A stretch of DNA of 64,000 nt from Acidobacteriota bacterium (GTDB taxonomy: Bacteria; Acidobacteriota; UBA6911; RPQK01; JAJDTT01). Position 1 is the stretch's first letter. Each line of letters begins with the position of its first letter. The notes under the pieces were generated by a model. That model saw nothing but the letters and a program-made list of their open reading frames with translations. It ran no database searches and was not told the origin of the DNA. Shown in pieces: positions 48,728 through 58,246 of this stretch. The position numbers and the translations under genes are program-made. The stretch lies in NCBI GenBank assembly GCA_965263035.1, contig OZ253580.1:544001-608000 (forward strand), in the 5' to 3' direction.

Positions 48728-50611
48728 TCAATTCCAGCGTAAAGCACGCCCGGATGCATCGAACAGCCCGGGTAGACGACCGTCGACGTCCGTGACGAAG
48801 ATTCGATCCAACAGCATGTTGCCGAAGGCGCAGCTGGTCTCCGGCACCAGGGCGCAGGCGTGGCACGCCGCGCCGTTCAGGAGACCCGGGCCATGACCCT
48901 CCTGTCGGGCACAGACGGGATCCAGCGAACACCAGGAGGCCGCCTCGACCGCCGCGCTCAGTAGGCGCAGAAAGCGGCGCGGCTCCGCCTGACTCATCAG
49001 GCCGCCGAGCGAACCTTCCGTATCCGGCACGGCGACGTAGATCAGAACTCCCGCCATCGGCTCAGGTCCTCTGTCACGACCGATCTCGCAGTAGATGCGA
49101 TCCTTCAGCGAGGCTGCGGGGTAGCCGGCCTTGCTCTCCAACTCCCGGATCATCAGGTGGGCCAGCGTGTGGAGAGCCAGGAAGCGGGGAGAGATCTGCG
49201 GTTGCGGCTCCACAGGCAGGCGCAGGTCAGACTCTTCGAAACGCCTGCAGAACGCCTTGGCGCGCCCTTTGACACCGGCATGCTCCTCCCAGCGCCGCAG
49301 AAACGACTCTCGTACGGTGAAGAAGAGCCCTTCACCGTAGAGTTCCAGCGCTGGCAGCCATTCGGCTTTTCCGGTGAGGTCGGGAGGCGTCACTTGGCCT
49401 CCGAGCCGCCGGAATCCCGTCAGCACCATGATCTCCTTGAGCCGGTTGACGGCGATCAGCCGATCCACCCCGGCGGTCAGCCGTGCGGCGGCGCCCTCCA
49501 GCTTCCGGCCGAGATCAGTCCATGCCGGCGTGTGATGCTCGGTGACGAAATCCTCGTCCTCTTCCAGATCCGGGATCTCTCCGATCAGTGCCCGGTACTC
49601 GGCGACGAACAGATCTTCATCGCCGATCGGTTCCCCGTAAAGAGGATATCCGCGTGCGACCTCCCCGACCGCACCCTTGACTTCATCGATACCACATCCC
49701 CACTCGCGGGCCATTCGCTTCAGTGTCGTCCTTCGCTGTAGACGAGTTCGTGCCCCCCGGATCTCCGCCTGCTTTTCCGTGCTGCTGTACAAGCGGTCCA
49801 CTACGGTTCCCTTGCGGATGCGGGACTCTGGGGGAATGACCAACGCCGTCCGGGTTTCCGCCGAGTGGACGCGAACGTCGTTGATCTCGAGTATCCAGGC
49901 CGGTCCCTCCGGCGGACTCGGCGGAGGGTCGCGGAACCACGGCTGCCGCCACTCATGCACGGAATAGGGGAAACGCCCCCCGATCGAGCCGGAGGCTCGA
50001 CATTCCTTACAAGCGACTCGGTAACCTCGCGGCGCTGGTCGTATCTTCAGGTAGGGGCTCGTCCAATCCGCACGACACGCACTTTGATCCGGATGCCTGG
50101 TGTCGTGGTGCGCCAGCGCATGCCAGGGGACATCCGCCAGATACCCGTGCTCGTGAACCAGCACCCAGGGCGTCTGTTCCAGTTTTCCGCCGCATACCGG
50201 AGTGTCGTCATCCCTCCGGCCGCCCTGTCCCGGACCCGAGCAACGCAGTGGGTCGATCTGCACCTGGCCACGTGTCTCCGTCTCGCTCGTCCGGGCGCGC
50301 CGCCAGGGACGATAGTGCAGCAGTCCGCATTTGGAGCACCGTGTCCAGCCCGGAAAACGCATTGCGGGTATGGGTTGTCCCAACACCCTGTCCTCCTCGA
50401 TGCGGGCCTTCGGCGGCGTACACAGGATCTTCCTGCCGATACGAAGGGTGCTGCGCACCCGTTCGACGTGTCGGATCACCCGCTCTTCGTGACCTCTCCA
50501 AAGGGAGGTGTCCTTCACCGTCACCAGATGATCCGGACCCCGGACCACGGCGCCCACGGAACAGTGCCGCAACAGGTGCGAAAGGCGCACCGGCATGGCG
50601 TCGTCAATCAT
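48728..50611 (-). CDS. drmB: DUF1998-domain protein, DrmB-like
   Basis: RFPGWTRCSKCG, HGYLADVPW, LPALELYGEGLFF, LHTLAHLMI, GSLGGL and CSLDPVC..AACHAC..ETSC Zn motif. Confidence 0.85.
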   Translation of the reverse strand: MIDDAMPVRLSHLLRHCSVGAVVRGPDHLVTVKDTSLWRGHEERVIRHVERVRSTLRIGRKILCTPPKARIEEDRVLGQPIPAMRFPGWTRCSKCGLLHYRPWRRARTSETETRGQVQIDPLRCSGPGQGGRRDDDTPVCGGKLEQTPWVLVHEHGYLADVPWHALAHHDTRHPDQSACRADWTSPYLKIRPAPRGYRVACKECRASGSIGGRFPYSVHEWRQPWFRDPPPSPPEGPAWILEINDVRVHSAETRTALVIPPESRIRKGTVVDRLYSSTEKQAEIRGARTRLQRRTTLKRMAREWGCGIDEVKGAVGEVARGYPLYGEPIGDEDLFVAEYRALIGEIPDLEEDEDFVTEHHTPAWTDLGRKLEGAAARLTAGVDRLIAVNRLKEIMVLTGFRRLGGQVTPPDLTGKAEWLPALELYGEGLFFTVRESFLRRWEEHAGVKGRAKAFCRRFEESDLRLPVEPQPQISPRFLALHTLAHLMIRELESKAGYPAASLKDRIYCEIGRDRGPEPMAGVLIYVAVPDTEGSLGGLMSQAEPRRFLRLLSAAVEAASWCSLDPVCARQEGHGPGLLNGAACHACALVPETSCAFGNMLLDRIFVTDVDGRLPGLFDASGRALRWN

Positions 50612-53600
50612 CGCGCTGCAACACTCCCGTGTCTTCGACGTTGCGCATGGAGTTCAACGTCCGCCACAGCCCCCGAGAAGGAGGGTCGTCGAATTGGCGC
50701 AACAGGCCGTCGGAGCTTCCATCCTTCGCCTCGTAGTTCAGTCGGCGCTTCTGCCGCTCGCAACGCCGCGCCTCCTCGTGCCACCGTTCTGCGAGCCGGT
50801 CGAGGTGGCGGAGCGTGGCGCTCGCTCGGGCCTTGCCGGCTTGCCGGCTGCGGCACTTCAGCCGTTCGATCACGGCCTTCACCGTGCCGTCCTCCGTGTC
50901 GAATGCGCCGGCGTCCTCGTTCCTGCACAAAGCGTCGCAGCCGTGGCGCACGGCGGAGACCAGGGCCGCATGCAGGGCACGGGTGCGAACCTGATAGGTG
51001 AACGGCGTCACGCTGGTCGGCTCCACGAAACGGTAGAAGGACTCGTGGTAGGGCCGGAAGTTCTCGTAATGGGAGAGGCTGCGCGCCTGGTGGCGATAGT
51101 AGTTGGCGAACACGAGGCCCGGGACGTGGGCGCGCCCGATGCGGCTGCTCGCCTGAACGTACTCGGCGGTGGTGAGCGGCTGTCCGTTGATGACCATCGC
51201 CGCCAGCCGGTCGACGTCCACTCCCACGGAGATCATGTTCGTGGCCAGCACCACGTTCAGACAATCGGGGTCCCCACGCTCCAGCTTCAAACGATCGAAG
51301 GTTCGGGCATTCTGCTGTGCCGTGGACAGGCTGGTGAGTTGCGCCAGACTCTGGGGTGTTTCGGTTCTCTCCCTTGCGCCGTCGGCGTCGCCTTGATCGC
51401 GTCTCCTCTGTTCTATTTCTTGATCGAGACGCCGCACGAAGTCGCGCACCGAGGTGGCGTAGGCGTTGTGGCTGTTGCCGACGCCGCGCAGGCTGCCATG
51501 ATAGATCACCTGAGTCCACCAAGCTTCCAGAAGATCGTCCCGATCCTGCTGATCCTCAAACACGGAGAACGGCGCCTCGAGCAGGGCCCCCGCCAGCGGC
51601 GCCAGACAGTGCTGCTGATCCAGCGCCGGCGCGAGATAGCCGACGTAGAGACGGCCCGGACGCGAGTGATCCACGCGCGCGAACCAGGAGTCGTCGGCCG
51701 AGAGGCCCGGCGGCGGGAATACGGCGAGGTCTCGGCCGTACAGACTTCTCACCTGCTGCCGCGCCATGCGGATGGTCGCCGTCGAGGCGACGTACTTGGG
51801 ACGCACGCCGCGTTGCGCCAGAATCGTCTCCAATGCCGCCTCATAGAGGCCGGCCACGGACCCCAGGGGTCCGGCGATGAGGTGAAGCTCGTCCTGGATC
51901 ACCAGTTCCGGTGGCCGGCAGGCACAGCCGGTCCCCGGCCGCGGGCTGCCGAAGAAGCCGGCGGCGCGTTGTTCCCAGGCCAGGCGGGCAAACTTGTCGA
52001 TGGTGGCGACCAGGAGCGTCGGCGGGCGTTCATACAGCACTTCGTCCACGACGTTGCAGGGCAGGGGCCGCGGGTCGGCCGACTCGCCATCGGGACCGAA
52101 TTCGCAATCGGGATTGCGGCACAGAAATACGAAGTCAATGAGCGTCGCCCGGTAGCTCCGCGGCGCGGTGAACTCATGGTGGCACCACGGGCACGCTCTC
52201 AGCACGAACTGGTGACCCGCGTCCTCATCGCCCGCCGCCAGGTCGTCCACGCACCCCTTCGCCTGCCTGCAGGTGTTCGGAGTCGCCGCCCGGCCCACCC
52301 AGATGCCGACGGTGATGGGCTCCTCGCCCAGCCGTTCCGGATCCTCCCGACGTATCAGCTCCAGAGCGCAGATGATGCGGGTCGCGCGCTCGAACTGCTG
52401 CCTCGTCAAAAGGCGGAGCGTATAGCGCATCAGCACCGCCGTGCCGCCGCCGTGGGTCCCATGTCGCAATCGCCGCCACACGATCAGGAAAGCGATCAGA
52501 CCCAGGTAAGCCTCCGTCTTGCCGCCGCCTGTGGGAAACCAGATCAGATCCAAAACGCCGCGGAAGTCGTCCTCCTCCCGAACCGTGGACTCGATGACGC
52601 CCAGCAGAAAGGCCAGCTGGAACGGTCGCCACCGGTACTCCCGCGAGTCCTTCCTTCGATCCCACTTGTTATCATTCCGGTTGCGCTCCTGTTGTTGCAT
52701 CTGTGCCAGCATCGCCCGATTGGCTTGGCGGAATGCAAACTTCGCTCCGGCGTCGGTGCGGAGTAGCGCCACACCGCGGCGCATGCGCTTCCGGGCCGTG
52801 GCCATCCGCCCGCAGATACGCTCGGCGGTGGCCCGTTCCACGGCGGTTTCCAGTCCCTCGGCCTCCCGAGACTGTTCCCTGATCCAGCGCTGGTATCCAT
52901 CCACGAAAGCGTCGAGCCGGTCGAGGACCACGTCCCAAGGGGCTTCGGCGAGGTCCTGCATGACCAGAACGTCCGCATCGACACCCTGGGCGTCGACCGT
53001 CACCAGGGGAACGTCCACCTCCGGCATGAATTCGGTCCAGATCCTGGGGGGTGTCCCCGGTTTCACGGACCAGTCCACCGCCGCGCCGTGACCCACCGCA
53101 TAGATGCGCTTGTGCCGATACTGCAGTTCGAGTTCCCGCTCCTCTTCGGTGAGCAGACCCGGGTCCACGCGCGGGTACTCCGCCACCTCCCCGTTTACGA
53201 CCTCCACTTCCAGACCCGCCTCGAACAGGCAGCGGTGGTCTCGGTCCTCGTTGAATCGGGCCGGCTCTCGGCAATTCGCGAAGACCACGGTGAGGATGCG
53301 GCCGTCTCCGTGTGTCCGCTCGCGCACTTCAAGGAGCACGTCTTTGGGCAGCGTGGGGTCGCCCCCGGGCCATTCCATTGCGTATTCGAGGGACTTGCGC
53401 CTGTACTCGTGCCTCAGGAAACGTCCTCGAGAATCCCTTTCACCCGTCCGTTCGTAAATTGCGGCGGAAGCCGTGATGCGCAGGCTCAGGTCGTCATCGG
53501 AGCGAACAAAAAACGAAAAACTGACGGAAGACGGGGGCACATAACGCCTTCGCCGAACCGGTTGCGCCAGATTCCGTTCGGCGGCCTCGCCATCTACGAC

Positions 53601-53822
53601 AGGCGTCTCGTGCTCCTCGTCGTCCTCCGGATTGGCCGGATCGAGGCCCGAGAATCCTGGTTCCACGGGATGCAGAACGCCCGTGGGATACCGCTCAAGC
53701 GGGGATCCCTGCAGGCGACCACCATGCGCGGGGCCCATCAACTGGCGACGTATCCAGCTAACCAGACGTTTCCGTTGCTCTCCCCAACGCCTTTCGGATA
53801 AGTCACTGCTGGGTGAAGGCAT
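50604..53822 (-). CDS. drmA: SF2 helicase, DISARM DrmA-like
   Basis: WRPFQLAF, WFPTGGGKTEAY, RYTLRLLT, CPWC, TIDKFA, IQDELH, STAT, ATNMISVGVDV and YVQASSRIGR motifs. Confidence 0.87.
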   Translation of the reverse strand: MPSPSSDLSERRWGEQRKRLVSWIRRQLMGPAHGGRLQGSPLERYPTGVLHPVEPGFSGLDPANPEDDEEHETPVVDGEAAERNLAQPVRRRRYVPPSSVSFSFFVRSDDDLSLRITASAAIYERTGERDSRGRFLRHEYRRKSLEYAMEWPGGDPTLPKDVLLEVRERTHGDGRILTVVFANCREPARFNEDRDHRCLFEAGLEVEVVNGEVAEYPRVDPGLLTEEERELELQYRHKRIYAVGHGAAVDWSVKPGTPPRIWTEFMPEVDVPLVTVDAQGVDADVLVMQDLAEAPWDVVLDRLDAFVDGYQRWIREQSREAEGLETAVERATAERICGRMATARKRMRRGVALLRTDAGAKFAFRQANRAMLAQMQQQERNRNDNKWDRRKDSREYRWRPFQLAFLLGVIESTVREEDDFRGVLDLIWFPTGGGKTEAYLGLIAFLIVWRRLRHGTHGGGTAVLMRYTLRLLTRQQFERATRIICALELIRREDPERLGEEPITVGIWVGRAATPNTCRQAKGCVDDLAAGDEDAGHQFVLRACPWCHHEFTAPRSYRATLIDFVFLCRNPDCEFGPDGESADPRPLPCNVVDEVLYERPPTLLVATIDKFARLAWEQRAAGFFGSPRPGTGCACRPPELVIQDELHLIAGPLGSVAGLYEAALETILAQRGVRPKYVASTATIRMARQQVRSLYGRDLAVFPPPGLSADDSWFARVDHSRPGRLYVGYLAPALDQQHCLAPLAGALLEAPFSVFEDQQDRDDLLEAWWTQVIYHGSLRGVGNSHNAYATSVRDFVRRLDQEIEQRRRDQGDADGARERTETPQSLAQLTSLSTAQQNARTFDRLKLERGDPDCLNVVLATNMISVGVDVDRLAAMVINGQPLTTAEYVQASSRIGRAHVPGLVFANYYRHQARSLSHYENFRPYHESFYRFVEPTSVTPFTYQVRTRALHAALVSAVRHGCDALCRNEDAGAFDTEDGTVKAVIERLKCRSRQAGKARASATLRHLDRLAERWHEEARRCERQKRRLNYEAKDGSSDGLLRQFDDPPSRGLWRTLNSMRNVEDTGVLQRDD

Positions 53823-53966
53823 TGAACTGACAGTTCGCGACCGAAGCCGCAGCGTCGCGATTCCGGTTGCGGGTGGAGTTTGATCTGGGGTTCGAGTTTA
53901 GCCGGATCTCGGGAGTATCAGAGGCCCCAATCCGGCAATTATGCAGTTGGGAAATTTCTCTTCCTA

Positions 53967-54127
53967 GCAGTCTGCGCGGTAGAAATGATCGTAGCGAGAA
54001 AGTGGGGAATCGAGGCCGGATTTTCTCGATTTGGAGGTGCATAGTTGTTCTATTCGCCGAGAAATCGGGGAAATATGGGCCGATTCTACCGCTTTCGCAG
54101 TAGATCAATTTCTGCGGCGCAGGCTCC
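53967..54127 (-). mobile_element. MITE, 161 bp, copy 2 (inverted)
   Basis: Reverse complement of 4171-4331 with a few substitutions; TA on both flanks, CTAG at both junctions. Confidence 0.85.
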
Positions 54128-54462
54128 TAGTCGAAGTGCTTCACCTGCAGGCGCTCCGCGGCCTGGTCCGTCTGGTCTACGACGGAAGCCGCGGCGACAC
54201 CCATGGCAATGGATATGGTCTCGCTGATCTCTTCGGGGGTGGCGCCGTATTTGAGCGCCTTCCGGAGATGACCGTCCAGACAACCCTCGCACTTGAATCC
54301 CAGGGATGCGGCGATGGCGATCAGTTCCTTCTGCTTGCGGTTGATGGGAGAAGCCTTGTAGGTCTCCTGGTAGAACCTGAAGTAGATCTTCCGCATCCGG
54401 GACTCGACCATGCTGTAGGAGGGCCATTTCTCCCGATTTCCCGGATCCTTCTTCTCTGCCAT
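54127..54462 (-). CDS. Carboxymuconolactone decarboxylase/AhpD family protein
   Basis: KQKELIAIA, CEGCLDGH (CxxC) and GATPEEISE motifs; start MAEKKD at 54462. Confidence 0.87.
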   Translation of the reverse strand: MAEKKDPGNREKWPSYSMVESRMRKIYFRFYQETYKASPINRKQKELIAIAASLGFKCEGCLDGHLRKALKYGATPEEISETISIAMGVAAASVVDQTDQAAERLQVKHFD

Positions 54463-54572
54463 GTTGAGGCAAAGGTTAGCACACCGTCTCAGGGCCGTTC
54501 CAGATCGGGATCCGGCGCCCCCCGGGAACTCCGAAACGGACGCCCGAGCAATTCTGCTGCTATCTTTGACCC

Positions 54573-56762
54573 GTGTCAGCCGTGGGACTCCTACTGCTTT
54601 TGATTCTCCCTGCCATGGGGCAATCCCGGGATCGGGCAAGGGTCGAACTCGTGGCCGAGAGCGGCACCGTCACCATCGAGGCCGACCGGATCGCCCGGGA
54701 GTCGAAAGATCTCTGGGTCGCCGAAGGGCAGGTCGTCATTACCCACCAGGACGGCACCATCGAAGCCGGGAGGATGACCTATGACTCCCGCACCGGCCAG
54801 CTCCGGATCCTGGAGAGTTTCGAAGTGAAACGGGGCGACCTCCGGCTCAAGGGCGCCGACGGGGAGCTGAACCTGGAGACGCAGACTGGGATTCTGAGGC
54901 AAGTGGAGGGCTCCACCGACAGGAACATCCTGGTCCAAGCCGAGACCCTTCTCAAGACCGGTCCCGACAGCTACGAGGCGCGCAACGGCTTTCTGACCGC
55001 CTGCCGGGAAGCCGTCCCCAAGTGGAGCTTCACCGTCAAGAAGGGAACCATCAAGAGCGGCGAGAGGGCTCGGATTCACCACACCTTCTTCAAGATCAAG
55101 AACATCCCGGTGTTTTATTTCCCCTTCATGTCGATTCCCACCGAGAAGAAGGAGCGCTCCAGTGGATTTCTGCTTCCCAGCACCGGCGCCTCCGACAACA
55201 AGGGCAGGCGTTTGAGCCAGTCGGTCTACCTGGTCCTGGGCCGGAGCACCGACATCATCTTCCATGAGGACTATTACTCGAAGCGTGGCTTCGGCCACGG
55301 CTTCGCCCTCCGGACCCGGCCCAACCAGACCAGTTCTCTGGAGTTGGACGGGTACTTGATCAAAGACAGCCTGGGCCAGGGAGGCGCCAGCCTCAACGGC
55401 CAGGGCGAGACCAGGTTCGGAAACGGCTACCGGGCGGTGGCCGATTTCAACTTCGTCTCCAGTTTCCTATTCCGGCAGGTGTTCTCGGACAACTTCTTCA
55501 CCGCCACCCGGCCCACGGAAAGCTCCACCCTCTTTTTGACCAGGAACCAAGGTGCCAGGAGTCTCAACGTCTCCTTTTCCCGGGAAGAGACTTTCTTTCC
55601 GGAGGGAAACGTCGTCGTTCAGAGCGTTCCAGGCGCCCAGTACCGGCTGAGCGGCCATAGATTTCGGGGGACTCCCATTTATCTGGATCTGGACACCTCG
55701 GCCGAGGGGCTGACGCGGCGTGATTCGCTGCTGAAGACCTCGGGCCTGACCCAACGCCTCGACTTCTTTCCCCAAATCTATATGTCCCTTCCTCTGGTCC
55801 AGGGCCTGCGACTGACTCCGAGGCTGGGTCTACGGGAGACCTTTTACGGGAACAGTCTGGCCGAGGCCGGCGGCGGCGAGTCCCCCGAGGGGTTCAGCGA
55901 AGAGAGCTTCTCGCGCCGATATGCCGAACTGACTCTGGATCTGAAGGGATGGGGCCTCTCGCGGATCTACGGCGATGCTTCGCGGGGCGGGTCCATGAAG
56001 CACCTGATCGAGCCGATATTCCGATATCAGTACCGAACTGGCATCGACCAGTTCGATCGGCTCCTCCGCTTCGACCATCTGGATTCCATCACCGATACCA
56101 ATGAAGTCGAGTACGGACTCTTCAACCGCTTCTTCGTCAAGCGCCAGACCCCGCACGGCTCCCAGACGCAGGAATGGATGGCGCTCAAGCTGGTCCAGAA
56201 GCACTTTCTGGATCCCGACTTCGGCGGTGCGTTCCGAGCCGGCGCCGTCAACCAGTTTCTCTCTTTCCACTCCCTCACCGGATTTCCCTTTGGGGGTATG
56301 CGAAGAGGTTATTCTCCGATCGCGGCGGTGGCGCGCGTCACCCCGGAACCCCGTGTCAACTTTGATGTCCGCGCAGATTACGATCCCGACTTTCACCGCG
56401 TCCGAAACGTCGCGGTCATGGGATTCGTCCACAGCGAGCGATTCCTTCTGGGCACTGCCTACTTCGTGACTCGGGAGCTGGAGCCCGGCACGATCCAGAC
56501 CAACCAGGTCCAGGGACAGATCGCCTTGGGACGCCTGAACCGGGGCGCGTCCCTGTCCAGCACCCTCAGCTACGACGTCCACTCCGCCCGATTCCTGAAT
56601 TACCGCACCCGCCTCAACTATTTCTGGGACTGCTGCGGCGTGTCTCTTGATTTCGTGGGGTTCAACGTGGGAGTGCGCCAGGAGAACCAGATCCGGTTTT
56701 CCTTTTACCTCAAAGGAATCGGGACCATTGGGACCATCAAACAGCCCCGGAGCGTTTTCTGA
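54573..56762 (+). CDS. lptD: LPS-assembly protein LptD
   Basis: N-terminal beta-jellyroll (IEADRI, LTAC, PVFYFP, RSSGFLLP), beta-barrel, WDCCG near the C-terminus. Confidence 0.87.
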   Translation: MSAVGLLLLLILPAMGQSRDRARVELVAESGTVTIEADRIARESKDLWVAEGQVVITHQDGTIEAGRMTYDSRTGQLRILESFEVKRGDLRLKGADGELNLETQTGILRQVEGSTDRNILVQAETLLKTGPDSYEARNGFLTACREAVPKWSFTVKKGTIKSGERARIHHTFFKIKNIPVFYFPFMSIPTEKKERSSGFLLPSTGASDNKGRRLSQSVYLVLGRSTDIIFHEDYYSKRGFGHGFALRTRPNQTSSLELDGYLIKDSLGQGGASLNGQGETRFGNGYRAVADFNFVSSFLFRQVFSDNFFTATRPTESSTLFLTRNQGARSLNVSFSREETFFPEGNVVVQSVPGAQYRLSGHRFRGTPIYLDLDTSAEGLTRRDSLLKTSGLTQRLDFFPQIYMSLPLVQGLRLTPRLGLRETFYGNSLAEAGGGESPEGFSEESFSRRYAELTLDLKGWGLSRIYGDASRGGSMKHLIEPIFRYQYRTGIDQFDRLLRFDHLDSITDTNEVEYGLFNRFFVKRQTPHGSQTQEWMALKLVQKHFLDPDFGGAFRAGAVNQFLSFHSLTGFPFGGMRRGYSPIAAVARVTPEPRVNFDVRADYDPDFHRVRNVAVMGFVHSERFLLGTAYFVTRELEPGTIQTNQVQGQIALGRLNRGASLSSTLSYDVHSARFLNYRTRLNYFWDCCGVSLDFVGFNVGVRQENQIRFSFYLKGIGTIGTIKQPRSVF

Positions 56763-57301
56763 CGATTTCTCCCACCGAGTCCGCCATCCTGCTTTCTCTC
56801 GGGTCCAATTTGGGCAGCCGGGAGGACTACCTGGCCCGCGCCTTGAACCAATTGAATGAACAGGGCGTGGACCCGGTGCTCTGTTCTTCGGTGTACGAGA
56901 CCGAACCGGTGGGCGTCGTGGACCAGGGCCTCTTCCTGAACCTGGTCAGCCAGGTGGAGACTCGCCAGTCCCCTGCGGAACTGCTGGTCACCTGCCTGGA
57001 CGTCGAGGCCTCTCTGGGCCGTTCACGCGAAGTTCCCAAGGGACCGCGCCACATCGACATCGACATCCTCTATTTCAAACAGGAGATCGTCCAACAGCGG
57101 CACCTCCAGATCCCCCATCCCAGACTCCGGAACCGGAAGTTCGTCCTGGTCCCCTTGAACGAGGTCCTACCCTGCTTCAGAGACCCGATTACGGGGAAAA
57201 GTCCTGCCGCACTGCTTCGACTCTGCCCGGATCGGACGCGGGTCGCACTCTATTGCGCGGCGACTCGCACCCGGGAGCCGCCGTACTGGAAGATCGGATA
57301 A
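56759..57301 (+). CDS. folK: 2-amino-4-hydroxy-6-hydroxymethyldihydropteridine diphosphokinase
   Basis: LSLGSNLG, SSVYETEP, FLNLV, GPRHIDIDIL and IPHPR motifs; start assigned to CTG at 56759 (see findings). Confidence 0.9.
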   Translation: MTISPTESAILLSLGSNLGSREDYLARALNQLNEQGVDPVLCSSVYETEPVGVVDQGLFLNLVSQVETRQSPAELLVTCLDVEASLGRSREVPKGPRHIDIDILYFKQEIVQQRHLQIPHPRLRNRKFVLVPLNEVLPCFRDPITGKSPAALLRLCPDRTRVALYCAATRTREPPYWKIG

Positions 57302-57476
57302 CGACGTCGTCCCGGACCCGGAGCCGGCGCCGTACCGTGCGGCCATCACCATCGGCTGGTATACTCGGCGGCGTTTTTCGGGACTTGCCCGGGTTCGTTT
57401 TCCGGCCGCGTGACCGTGGTCGAATCCCGAGAGCGTCCCGGCGCGCCAGGTCGTGACCCATTCCGGCCGCAGCAGC

Positions 57477-58205
57477 ATGAAAAAGGAAGAGCATCAGGAA
57501 ACGCCCGCCAAGCAGGAGAACACCCTGCGGGAGTACTTCGTCACCACCGTCGTCTGCACCATCTTCGCGCTCTTCGTCACCACGTTCGTGGTTCATCCGA
57601 TGACGGTCCCCACGCCGTCCATGGAGCCCACGATCCTGGTGGGAGACCGCCTGCTGATCGACAAGTTCAGCTTTCGCAACGGTTACAAGCCGGGAATCCC
57701 GCTCGCCCCCGAGCGCGAGATCAAACGGGCCGACATCGTCGTCTTCAAGTTCCCCAACAATCCGGACACCCTCTACGTGAAACGCGCGATCGGGCTGCCC
57801 GGTGAAGAGTTGGAGATTCGCGGAGGAACGGTCCATATCAACGGATCGCCCTTGGATGAACCCTACAAGGTGCACCGCGATTCCACCTTTGAAGCGGGGC
57901 GGAACTTTCCGCACGATCCGCATCGGGGCGACCGTCGAGACAATACGAACCCCATCACGATTCCGGACGACAGCTATTTCGTCATGGGGGACAACCGGGA
58001 CGACAGCGCCGACAGCCGCTACTTTGGATTTCTGCCCCGAAGCCATATCGTGGGGCGACCTCTGATCGTCTTCTGGTCATACGAGGACGAGTCGAATGCG
58101 TATCTGAAGACCTCGATCCCCGAGATGCTCGGTCTTTACCTGGAGAGGATCGTCTTTTTCGTGACCCGGACCCGATGGAGCCGGATGGGGCACGTCGTCA
58201 GTTGA
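57477..58205 (+). CDS. lepB: Signal peptidase I
   Basis: TM segment; PSMEPT (Ser), YVKRAIGLPG (Lys) and MGDNRDDSADSRYFG. Confidence 0.93.
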   Translation: MKKEEHQETPAKQENTLREYFVTTVVCTIFALFVTTFVVHPMTVPTPSMEPTILVGDRLLIDKFSFRNGYKPGIPLAPEREIKRADIVVFKFPNNPDTLYVKRAIGLPGEELEIRGGTVHINGSPLDEPYKVHRDSTFEAGRNFPHDPHRGDRRDNTNPITIPDDSYFVMGDNRDDSADSRYFGFLPRSHIVGRPLIVFWSYEDESNAYLKTSIPEMLGLYLERIVFFVTRTRWSRMGHVVS

Positions 58206-58246
58206 CCCCAGGGTCGCCGGAGAACCAGGGGGATAGACCAGAGAGT

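Noticed and set aside
45747-53966. Classical tRNA-integrated island carrying the DISARM-like genes
   Set aside because: The operon lies on the 5' side of the tRNA; no integrase and no duplicated tRNA 3' end (att) was noticed in the window
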